Assembly: GCA_934691225.1 (NCBI GenBank)
Contig: CAKUSQ010000001.1
Location: 510,001-542,000, forward strand
Direction of reading: 5' to 3'
DNA length: 32,000 nt
From: an uncultured Opitutales bacterium
Lineage (GTDB): Bacteria; Verrucomicrobiota; Verrucomicrobiia; Opitutales; UBA9783
The notes below the pieces were generated by a model. It made no database searches and was not told the DNA's origin. It was given only the letters and a program-made list of their open reading frames with translations. Shown here piece after piece: positions 9,800 to 17,752 of this stretch. How positions within the stretch are numbered: the first letter of the stretch is position 1; each line of letters starts with the position of its first letter. The position numbers and the translations under genes are program-made.

Positions 9800-9891
9800 A
9801 AAAATGCATAAAAAATGCTTGCAATTATTCTTATAGCATAGTTTCCTTATTATATTAATGGTTGTATTAGCAATCGCAGAGGTTATTAAAT

Positions 9892-10209
9892 ATGAAAGCG
9901 GTTATAAAAACTCAAGGAAGACAGTTCACGGTTAGCCCAGGCGACATTTTGAAGGTAAATCGTTACCAAAATACAGAAGCAGGTAGCATTGTAGACATTA
10001 AAGATGTGCTTATGTTTGAAGATGATTCAGGTGTTCATTTTGGTACGCCTGTTGTTGAAAATGCTGTTGTGCGCGTTAAAGTTCTTGAAAATAAGCGCGA
10101 CAAAAAGATTTTGGTAATGAAGCATCGTCGTCGTGGTGGTTTTCAACGTAAGCAAGGTCATCGTCAAGAATTGTCCGTTGTCAAAGTAGAGTCTATTGAT
10201 ATTAAATAA
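9892..10209 (+). CDS. rplU: 50S ribosomal protein L21
   Basis: [22 protein letters not shown]... and ...[26 protein letters not shown] fit the L21 pattern. GAGG lies 8 nt upstream of the ATG. Confidence 0.95.
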   Translation: MKAVIKTQGRQFTVSPGDILKVNRYQNTEAGSIVDIKDVLMFEDDSGVHFGTPVVENAVVRVKVLENKRDKKILVMKHRRRGGFQRKQGHRQELSVVKVESIDIK

Positions 10210-10220
10210 GGAGTTTTTGT

Positions 10221-10466
10221 ATGTCGCATCATAGTGCACAAGGGTCATCTAAAAACGGAAGAGATAGCAAATGTAAGAATCTAGGCGTGAAACGTTACAG
10301 TGGACAGTCAGTTCTTGCTGGAACAATTCTTATGCGTCAACGTGGTACGCAATATCACCCTGGAAAGAATGTTGGATTAGGTCGTGATTTTACATTGTTT
10401 GCCTTGATCGATGGTATTGTTGCTTGGGATAAGAAGCATCGTAGAGTTTCTGTGAATGCTCAATAA
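10221..10466 (+). CDS. rpmA: 50S ribosomal protein L27
   Basis: [55 protein letters not shown] is canonical L27. AAGGAG lies upstream of the ATG. Confidence 0.95.
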   Translation: MSHHSAQGSSKNGRDSKCKNLGVKRYSGQSVLAGTILMRQRGTQYHPGKNVGLGRDFTLFALIDGIVAWDKKHRRVSVNAQ

Positions 10467-10505
10467 GAGCTTTGAATGATTCTTTAAGCTCCCTTTGCTT
10501 TTACT
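10467..10505 (+). terminator. Weak candidate terminator/attenuator after rpmA
   Basis: gagctt (10467-10472) pairs with aagctc (10486-10491) and is followed by a T-rich tract, cctttgctttta. The loop is large, so confidence is low. Confidence 0.25.
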
Positions 10506-10508
10506 TGC

Positions 10509-11627
10509 ATGTGTGCTCTTACGCGTGAGGATGCTTATTGGGTTTTGAACGCTTTGCCGCGCATTGGTTGGGTAACGCTGCAAAAATTGTTAAAGCTTTT
10601 TAATAACGATCCTATAGCTGTATTAGACAGTTCGGAAGAGTTTTTAGATGCGTTGGAGATTTCTGCATCGGTAAAAAATAATTTAAAACAGTGGCGTTCT
10701 CTATTTGATTTAAAAAAGGAAAAGCAGGCGTTAGAGCAAATGGGTGGACGATTTGTTTCGTTTGAACATCCAGATTATCCGCCATTGTTAAAAACAATTT
10801 ACGATCCGCCGATAGGATTGTATTTTTGTGGAAATTTGAAGCCAAAGTTAAATACAATTGCAATTATTGGGAGTCGTTATGCAACTATTTACGGTCTTCA
10901 AATGGCAGAGCGTTTGAGTGGAGAATTAGCAGAACGTGGATGGTGTGTAATTAGTGGATTTGCTAGAGGAATAGATACCGCGTCGCATCGAGGTGCATTG
11001 CGTGTTCAGGGTGAAACAGCAGCTGTTTTAGGGTGTGGAATTGACCGAATTTATCCGCCAGAAAATGGAGAACTTTATACCCAACTCAAAAATAAAGGAT
11101 GCCTTATTTCTGAGTTTCCTTTGGGGATGCGTGCTGATCGTGTTACATTTCCAAGACGTAATCGAATTTTATCAGGTATGAGTCAAGCAGTACTCGTGAT
11201 TGAATCCGATTTAAAGGGTGGGAGCATGTTGACAGCTTCGTTTGCTATAGAACAAAATCGTCAAGTTTTTGCAATTCCAGGGCGCATGGATTCTGATATG
11301 AGTCGGGGTTGTCATCAATTGATTCGAAACGGTGCTACTTTAGTGACGTGCGTTGAAGATATTTTGGAGGATTTAAATTCTGCTCCACCTTTGGATTTGA
11401 AGTTAGATTTAGAACCTAAAATCCAAGAATTGCAATACGATCAAAATCCGCCGTTATCCGAAATAGAAGGTCGAGTGTATAATTTGTTAAAGGCAAAGGG
11501 ACCTCTAGGAAGTTCGGAGATTTGTTCAATGAGTTCAATAAAACCGGAGAATGTTCAGGCAATACTGTTTTCATTAGAATTAAATCGTTGGATTGTTCGT
11601 CGAAACGATGGTCTTTTTGAGGTTTGA
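10509..11627 (+). CDS. dprA: DNA-processing protein DprA (Smf)
   Basis: IGSRYATIYG, SGFARGIDTASHRGAL, AVLGCGIDRIYPPEN, FPRRNRILSGMS and AIPGRMDS...GCHQLIRNGATLV form the DprA Rossmann-like core. A C-terminal winged-helix-like tail follows. Confidence 0.85.
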   Translation: MCALTREDAYWVLNALPRIGWVTLQKLLKLFNNDPIAVLDSSEEFLDALEISASVKNNLKQWRSLFDLKKEKQALEQMGGRFVSFEHPDYPPLLKTIYDPPIGLYFCGNLKPKLNTIAIIGSRYATIYGLQMAERLSGELAERGWCVISGFARGIDTASHRGALRVQGETAAVLGCGIDRIYPPENGELYTQLKNKGCLISEFPLGMRADRVTFPRRNRILSGMSQAVLVIESDLKGGSMLTASFAIEQNRQVFAIPGRMDSDMSRGCHQLIRNGATLVTCVEDILEDLNSAPPLDLKLDLEPKIQELQYDQNPPLSEIEGRVYNLLKAKGPLGSSEICSMSSIKPENVQAILFSLELNRWIVRRNDGLFEV

Positions 11628-11628
11628 T

Positions 11629-12246
11629 ATGATAGAATGTTTGTGCTGTGGTCCCTATTTGAACAATGTTTATTGGTTAAAATTTGACCCTACTAAACAA
11701 GCGGTAGTTATTGATGCAGCGACAGGTAGTGTTAGTAAATTAGAAGATAAATTAAAAGGATATGAGGTTCATGTGTTTTTGACACATGGTCATTGGGATC
11801 ATATCGCTGAAGCAGCCTTGTTTAAAGAACGCTTGAAGGCTAAAATTTATTTTCCAATTTTAGATAAAATATGGCTAAATGATATTTTTCAGAAAAATAT
11901 TGTGCCTGTAGGATATCAATTTAAAACCTTTCAGCCGGATGTATGGCTTAACGATGGAGATGTTTTTGTTTTAGGAGGGTTAACTTGGTCAATATTATCC
12001 ACGCCAGGACATACCCAAGGGCAAGTAGCTATTTACAATAAGGACAATGGCTGGGTGTTTGTTGGCGATACTTTATTTGATCGAGGGTTTGGTCGTACAG
12101 ATTTGCCTGGAGGTGATTATCGTGAATTAATGTCATCATTGAGGCTTTTGTTAAAATTGCCTGAAACTACGACCGTTTATTCAGGGCATGGCTCTCAAAC
12201 AACGATTGGAGCTTCGAATAAAGCATTAAAAAATATTTTACAATGA
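11629..12246 (+). CDS. MBL-fold metallo-hydrolase (glyoxalase II/YcbL-like)
   Basis: LTHGHWDHI (the HxHxDH motif), STPGHTQG, GDTLF and SGHG are present. The ATG at 11629 lies 1 nt after the dprA stop. The ORF track extends to 11593, but that overlaps dprA. Confidence 0.8.
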   Translation: MIECLCCGPYLNNVYWLKFDPTKQAVVIDAATGSVSKLEDKLKGYEVHVFLTHGHWDHIAEAALFKERLKAKIYFPILDKIWLNDIFQKNIVPVGYQFKTFQPDVWLNDGDVFVLGGLTWSILSTPGHTQGQVAIYNKDNGWVFVGDTLFDRGFGRTDLPGGDYRELMSSLRLLLKLPETTTVYSGHGSQTTIGASNKALKNILQ

Positions 12247-13151
12247 GCATGCACGATTTTTGGAATCCTTGGCATGGATGTATAAAAAAAAGTGAAGGGT
12301 GTCAAAATTGTTATGTGTATGCTATGGATCATCGATATGGGTCGAATGGACGCAACATTTATAGAGTAAAAGGTAATTTTGATTATCCGTTACAACGCCA
12401 TCGCGATGGAAGTTTTAAGGTAAAAAGTGGTGAAATGTTGCGAGTATGCATGACTTCAGATTTTTTTATTGAAGAAGCGGATGTGTGGCGTGAGGAAGCT
12501 TGGTCCATTATACGAAAACGTTCAGATGTGGCTTTCCTTTTACTTACCAAACGTCCTGAACGTGTAAGTCATTGTTTACCTGAAGATTGGGGAAAAGGTT
12601 GGGAAAATGTATTTTTCAATGTAACGGCTGAAAACCAAGTGCGTGCAAATGAGAGAATCCCTATTTTATTAGATCTTCCATTTGTTCATAAAGGCTTAAT
12701 TGTGGCGCCTTTTATTGGAAAAATCTCGATAGAACACTATTTGAAAGAAGGAAAAATTGAACAGGTTGTTGCTGGAGGAGAAAATTACATAGGTGCACGT
12801 CCTTTAGACTTCGATTGGGTTCGTTCATTATATGACCAGTGTGTTGATTACAACGTTCGATTTTGTTTCATGGATGTAGGAACAAAATTTATTAAAGATG
12901 GTAAATTATACACTTTTTCGAATAAACGACAGCGGTATATTATGGCTCACAAATCAGGTTTACAATTCGAGGGTAAGCCTATAAAATTCAATTTAAATGG
13001 ATATCAAACATCACTTTTAGACGAATCTCAACTTTATAAAAAAGAATGGTCTGAGGCTTGTGAAACGTGTGGGGCGAGGTTAATTTGCAATGGATGTCGG
13101 AAATGTTCAATATGTGCTTGCTTACGTCAGGATCAAAGATTGGATTTATGA
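12243..13151 (+). CDS. DUF5131 / phage Gp37-Gp68 family protein with an extra C-terminal Cys-rich tail
   Basis: The N-terminal WNPWHGCIKKSEGCQNCY matches the family signature W.P..GC-x6-GC-x2-CY. The C-terminal CETCGARLICNGCRKCSICAC is not something I associate with the family. ATGA overlap with the upstream MBL gene. Confidence 0.7.
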   Translation: MSMHDFWNPWHGCIKKSEGCQNCYVYAMDHRYGSNGRNIYRVKGNFDYPLQRHRDGSFKVKSGEMLRVCMTSDFFIEEADVWREEAWSIIRKRSDVAFLLLTKRPERVSHCLPEDWGKGWENVFFNVTAENQVRANERIPILLDLPFVHKGLIVAPFIGKISIEHYLKEGKIEQVVAGGENYIGARPLDFDWVRSLYDQCVDYNVRFCFMDVGTKFIKDGKLYTFSNKRQRYIMAHKSGLQFEGKPIKFNLNGYQTSLLDESQLYKKEWSEACETCGARLICNGCRKCSICACLRQDQRLDL

Positions 13152-14059
13152 GACATCAAAAATTGAATTTTTTCTTTGAAGTTAGTGGGCCATGGGGCGT
13201 TAAAACAACACGGTTGATGAGTTACAGGGTGATCAAATTCGATTTGGTAAGCATGTAAGAATAGCCGTTGATCCTTTATTTTCCCATATTTGGGATCACC
13301 GACGATGGTGTGTCCAATACTTTTTAAATGAACGCGAATTTGATGGGTTCGTCCAGTGATGGGGTAACATGCCAATAAAGCCATATGTGCTTGTGGAAAG
13401 GTATTTAAACATTTCCAATTTGTGCAAGCATCGCGTCCTTGTGTTGTGATACACATAGCAGTTCTGTCATGTGTGCTTCGTCCAATTGGACTTTCAATGG
13501 TCCCTGATAGACAACGAGGAATTCCCCACACAAGTGCATGATAAGTTTTATGAATTTTTCGTTCAGCGAACATGCGTGTTAAATTCCAGTAGGCTGCGTC
13601 CGTTTTTGCAAACAAGATAACGCCTGAAGTTGCTTGATCTAGGCGGTGAACCACACCAGGACGTTCGCTGCCTGCAGCAGTGCTCAGTGGGCAATGGGAT
13701 AGCAGTGCCTCAACCAATGTAATACCTGGAGTTACTCCGTTTCCTGGGTGAACAACTTTCCCTTCTTGTTTGTTAACAACAATAATATCTGAATCCTCGT
13801 ATAAAATATCAATAGATTCTTGACAGGGTTGTAAATGGAATTCTTTGGAAGGTGCCAAGGTTAATAGGCAGATATCATTAAGTTTTACACGATAATTAAG
13901 CTGCGTTTCCGTACGATTGCACACCCTTAAACCACCTTCACGAATAGACCTTTGGATGTAAGATCGGCTCCACTGATCTTTTAAAAAATCTGAAAATAAC
14001 TTGTCAACCCGTAGTCCTACTTGTTGCGGTGAAATGTGAATTTCGAAGGAATTTTCCAC
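13133..14059 (-). CDS. rluD: RluA-family 23S rRNA pseudouridine synthase with N-terminal S4 domain (RluD-type)
   Basis: An S4-like N-terminus (LRVDKLFSDFL...SRSYIQRSIREGGLRVCN) is present. The catalytic motif VVHRLDQATSGVILFAKT and a GRTHQIRVHL motif follow. The start is GTG at 14059. Confidence 0.85.
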   Translation of the reverse strand: MENSFEIHISPQQVGLRVDKLFSDFLKDQWSRSYIQRSIREGGLRVCNRTETQLNYRVKLNDICLLTLAPSKEFHLQPCQESIDILYEDSDIIVVNKQEGKVVHPGNGVTPGITLVEALLSHCPLSTAAGSERPGVVHRLDQATSGVILFAKTDAAYWNLTRMFAERKIHKTYHALVWGIPRCLSGTIESPIGRSTHDRTAMCITTQGRDACTNWKCLNTFPQAHMALLACYPITGRTHQIRVHLKSIGHTIVGDPKYGKIKDQRLFLHAYQIEFDHPVTHQPCCFNAPWPTNFKEKIQFLMSHKSNL

Positions 14060-14068
14060 GTGAAAATT

Positions 14069-14902
14069 TTAAGAAGGTAATTGAATTTCAGGGTGATTTT
14101 CTTTAATGTAAAGGATATATTGTTGTTCAACATAATCCCACATATGTACCATGTTGTGGACACGTTGAAGATCGACTTTGGTATTGAGTGTGTTTTCAAA
14201 AGCTTCAATCATTGGACCTTCAAAATCGCGATGTGTACGGCCTATAATTCGTGATAAATCGACATAGTTGTTCGAAATACCAGCGAAAGCAAAATCAATA
14301 AAACCAACCACACGGTCATTTGAATCTAAAATGATATTACCTGGATTTAAATCACCATGAACAACTTGGGCATTGTTTTCAATTTCCCTTAAAACATTAT
14401 GTTTCGAAAAATCATAAGTGTTGGTATCAACATAAGATAATTCATCCAGAAATTTCGAAACATACATGTTACAAGTATTGGGTAGACTTTGGGGATCTAC
14501 TTGATTCAACTCTTTTATAAATTTTGCAATGTCGTAGGCTAAATTGGTAACTGCTTGACGCGATAAAAATTTAAATCGTTCTGTTAAAGACCAGCCTTGA
14601 ATTTTTCGATGCATGCTAAAAGGACGTCCCTGATCGTAACATATTTTTAATTCAGGGAATTGAAATGTAACTTTGTCCTTTATGAAGGAACAAAATGCAC
14701 TATCTTTAATCATCATTTTAGCAAAGAAGCTGTTTCTAGGGAACCGAAAAAAATAGGCATCTTTACCATCGGATGCACATATAACAAAGTTCGTCCATCC
14801 GGTTTTTATAAATTCCATGGATGATCGAATGGCGTTTGGCAAATGCGATTGTATGATGGAGAAAAAATCGTCTTTATCGGTAAAAAAGGTTTTTGAATTC
14901 AT
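14069..14902 (-). CDS. APH/choline-kinase-like phosphotransferase family protein
   Basis: The Brenner-type motif VVHGDLNPGNIILD and the downstream GFIDFAFAG (DFG-like) are present. The ORF track opens at a TTG at 15007, inside the nth 3' end. The first ATG (MNSKTFF, 14902) follows a TTGACA-containing promoter-like stretch, so I prefer it, but the start is uncertain. Confidence 0.65.
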   Translation of the reverse strand: MNSKTFFTDKDDFFSIIQSHLPNAIRSSMEFIKTGWTNFVICASDGKDAYFFRFPRNSFFAKMMIKDSAFCSFIKDKVTFQFPELKICYDQGRPFSMHRKIQGWSLTERFKFLSRQAVTNLAYDIAKFIKELNQVDPQSLPNTCNMYVSKFLDELSYVDTNTYDFSKHNVLREIENNAQVVHGDLNPGNIILDSNDRVVGFIDFAFAGISNNYVDLSRIIGRTHRDFEGPMIEAFENTLNTKVDLQRVHNMVHMWDYVEQQYILYIKENHPEIQLPS

Positions 14903-14964
14903 GTTGAAATCAGTATTTATATAGGTTATAATTTTGTCAATACAAGAAATAATATTTAAAATAT

Positions 14965-15594
14965 TTATACGGATGTATTTTTCGATAGAATTGTGCAAAT
15001 AGGACAAAGATGATCAGGTTTGCAATTAATGTGGTTGCAGTATTTTCGTCCAAAAGCGATCATTTGTAGATGTTTTTTAAACCATAATGGTTGTGGGAAA
15101 ATGGATTTTAAATCTTTTTCGATCGTTAATACATCAGGTCCTGGACTTAACTGCCACTTTAACGCAAGTCGTTTTATATGGGTATCAACGGGAAATGTCG
15201 GAACGCCAAAAGCATGCCCAATAACAACAGAAGCTGTTTTATGGCCTATGCCTGGAAGTTGTTCGAGTTGTTCGAAATTATTAGGAACCGTTCCTTGGTA
15301 TTTTTGAGCTAATATTTCCGATAAAGCGCGAATATAGTGAGCTTTTATTTTAAAAAAACCGCAAGGATGAATAATGTTACCAATTTGTTCTTCAGATAGT
15401 TGTGCCATTGCTTCGGGGGTAGGTGCTTCTTGAAATAACTTGGGAGTTACACGATTAACTTGTTCATCGTGGCATTGTGCAGAAAGCAAAGTAGCTATTA
15501 GTAACGTAAAAGGGGTTGTGTATTGCAAAGATGATTGGGGTTGCGGAATAAGGTTATCTAGATATTGATTAATAATATCAATTCGATTTTTCAT
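14965..15594 (-). CDS. nth: Endonuclease III (DNA glycosylase/AP lyase)
   Basis: An HhH-GPD region (LEQLPGIGHKTASVVIGHAFG, PVDTHIKR) is present. A C-terminal Cys-rich segment (YCNHINCKPDHLCPIC) lies where the 4Fe-4S cluster loop is expected. Confidence 0.9.
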   Translation of the reverse strand: MKNRIDIINQYLDNLIPQPQSSLQYTTPFTLLIATLLSAQCHDEQVNRVTPKLFQEAPTPEAMAQLSEEQIGNIIHPCGFFKIKAHYIRALSEILAQKYQGTVPNNFEQLEQLPGIGHKTASVVIGHAFGVPTFPVDTHIKRLALKWQLSPGPDVLTIEKDLKSIFPQPLWFKKHLQMIAFGRKYCNHINCKPDHLCPICTILSKNTSV

Positions 15595-16795
15595 GAGAAG
15601 TATCGATAGTTTTCATTCTTGGGAATAAAGCGAAGCCATAAATCGTTAAAATAATAGCTGCGGAAATGAGCCACGTCATAGCTGTTTGATAATTGTAATA
15701 GGTCTTCATTAAACCTAATATAAAGGGTCCCATTGAGCTTCCAAAACAGATAAATCCAACGGCCCAACCATTTGTGAAACCAATATTTTTAATACCAAAT
15801 ACACGCGGTAAAACCAGGTAAGCAATAATTTGATTCATACCCCAGTAAAGTCCGGAAAAAATAACAAAGCCGTAAGTGGCGATAGGATAATGTATATATT
15901 TGAAACAAAAGAGAAATAGGCAATCAACGATTAAAAATAAGAGTATAGAAAACCGAACACCTACGAGTTCAAAGTAGTGTCCTGTTAAAAATGTTGTTAG
16001 GGTGGAAATGAGGGAAATAACGATAAAACACAGGGTAATAATTTCGGGTTTTGCGCCAAATTCTTCACATATGGGGACTAAGTGGAATGCAATACCTGTG
16101 TTTTGAAAGGCTTTGAAAAATAAAGCCAACATGATGAGCCAGTATAAAGGATTTTTGGTTAAGTTTTTATTAAAAATTTTTGAAGGTTTTGGTGAAGTTT
16201 TTGAAGCTAGTTTACCAGGTGTTTTAATAAGTTGGCAAACGAACATGGGGACAAGTAACCAGAATAGTCCCACGCAAATCCAAACATTTTGCCATTCAAA
16301 AAAAAGGTGTAAGCGAAAATTTAACCAAGGCATTGTAGAGGCAATGGTTGATAAGATAAAACAAGAGATACCTGTTGCAAAGCCTCGATTTTTAACAAAC
16401 CAGACAGCAATAAGAGAACGTCCTGCTACGGTGTAAGCATGAACGGCTATCCGAATGCAAGTAAAACCGATAAGGAATCCTAAAAAATTGAAAAAACAAT
16501 TAAATTGCGTGAATTTTAGCATACTTAATGCTACAAAAGCACCTCCAAAACCTAGAACATGTAAACGTAAAAAATTGGCAGGAGTATTTTGATCGTAGTT
16601 TCTTCCGATATAAGGCGAAATTATTCCAGAAAATAGGTTAGCTAATGAATATGCTCCTCCAATTTGAGCAGAAGTTAGAGCCAAATCATGGCATAAATCA
16701 TTTAGAAATGGGCTTAAAGCTGAAGTTCTACCGAATCCACTGAAACCTTCCAGAAGTGTAACGATGATCAGGACAAACCAACCATAAGACATCAT
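15578..16795 (-). CDS. MFS-type transporter
   Basis: 405 aa and about 12 hydrophobic spans, split by a central basic loop (KTPGKLASKTSPKPSKIFNKNLTKN). The stop overlaps the nth start by 17 nt. The substrate is unknown. Confidence 0.75.
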   Translation of the reverse strand: MMSYGWFVLIIVTLLEGFSGFGRTSALSPFLNDLCHDLALTSAQIGGAYSLANLFSGIISPYIGRNYDQNTPANFLRLHVLGFGGAFVALSMLKFTQFNCFFNFLGFLIGFTCIRIAVHAYTVAGRSLIAVWFVKNRGFATGISCFILSTIASTMPWLNFRLHLFFEWQNVWICVGLFWLLVPMFVCQLIKTPGKLASKTSPKPSKIFNKNLTKNPLYWLIMLALFFKAFQNTGIAFHLVPICEEFGAKPEIITLCFIVISLISTLTTFLTGHYFELVGVRFSILLFLIVDCLFLFCFKYIHYPIATYGFVIFSGLYWGMNQIIAYLVLPRVFGIKNIGFTNGWAVGFICFGSSMGPFILGLMKTYYNYQTAMTWLISAAIILTIYGFALFPRMKTIDTSHEKSN

Positions 16796-16840
16796 GCCCT
16801 TAACGTAACTGGCTGTATTTATAAATCAAGCTTTTTAGTA

Positions 16841-17752
16841 ATGAAAATAAATAAAAGAATAAACTTGATATTTGTATATTTAAGAAACATTATCAATCGA
16901 ATGAAACTATTGAAAGGTGTAAGTTGGTTTATGGCCAGCTTAGTTATTGGTGTTGGTCTAGATGTTATTCAAAAAAAATTAGGTGAGCAACTTTCTGGAG
17001 AAGAGATTACATTCTTTCGATTTATGTTGGGTGCTTTTGTTTTACTACCATTTTTAGTAAAACATTGGTTGAAGGAAGGCTTTGTTTTAACAAAGTTTTG
17101 GAAAATTCATTTGTTTAGAGGTTTTTTGTTATTTACAGGATTGGTAATGTGGTGTTATGGGTTGTTGTTAGTGCCCATTAGTACAGCTATAGTCCTGAAT
17201 TACTCTATTCCTTTTTTTACACTTATTTTGTCAGCACTTATTTTAAAAGAGAGTGTGAGTCGAGCACGTTGGATCACAACTGTCGTTGGATTTATCGGTA
17301 TTTTAGTTGTGTTAAATCCTAAGGATATATCGTTTGATATTAGAGCTTGTATCATTTTAGTTTCTTCATTTTTATTTGCACTTTTGGATGTTTTTAATAA
17401 AAAATACGTGTGTAAGGAATCTATGTTAAATATGTTGTTTTATACGGCATTTTTTACGTGTATTTTGAGTGCATACCCAGCGATTCAACATTATTCTTTT
17501 AATTTTTTGGATAATATTCAATTGTTAATTGCTTTGGGGATTGGTGCGAATTTGATTTTTTATTGTTTGCTTAAGGCGTATACCTTTATGGATGCATCTG
17601 CGTTAGCGCCGTTTCGTTATTGTGATTTTTTTGTATCAGCATTATTAGGTTTTATATTTTTTGCTGAAAAGCCAACATTGGCTACATGTTTAGGTTTTGT
17701 TATTATTGCTCCGTGTACTTTGTTTTTAACATATAAAGAAATTAAAAAATGA
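16841..17752 (+). CDS. EamA/DMT-superfamily transporter
   Basis: Two roughly 5-TM halves are typical of EamA repeats. The alternative start at 16901 (MKLLKGVSWF) would leave a more realistic divergent promoter gap. The stop overlaps the metK ATG (ATGA). Confidence 0.75.
   Translation: MKINKRINLIFVYLRNIINRMKLLKGVSWFMASLVIGVGLDVIQKKLGEQLSGEEITFFRFMLGAFVLLPFLVKHWLKEGFVLTKFWKIHLFRGFLLFTGLVMWCYGLLLVPISTAIVLNYSIPFFTLILSALILKESVSRARWITTVVGFIGILVVLNPKDISFDIRACIILVSSFLFALLDVFNKKYVCKESMLNMLFYTAFFTCILSAYPAIQHYSFNFLDNIQLLIALGIGANLIFYCLLKAYTFMDASALAPFRYCDFFVSALLGFIFFAEKPTLATCLGFVIIAPCTLFLTYKEIKK

Noticed and set aside
5140-10863. Antisense or overlapping ORFs at 5140-5343, 6364-6636, 8862-9119, 10027-10248, 10377-10583 and 10612-10863.
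   Set aside because: Each is embedded in a strongly supported gene on the other strand (lpxD, prs, mpl, rplU/rpmA, dprA). None has a recognisable domain or ribosome-binding site.
11995-12003. DnaA-box-like ttatccacg.
   Set aside because: It is a single 8/9 match inside the MBL hydrolase coding sequence. There is no cluster of boxes and no adjacent AT-rich unwinding element, so it is not an origin.
13067-14208. ORFs 13067-13258 (+) and 14017-14208 (-).
   Set aside because: The first is an alternative frame across the DUF5131/rluD overlap. The second spans the rluD start and the kinase stop in another frame. Both are explained by the real genes.
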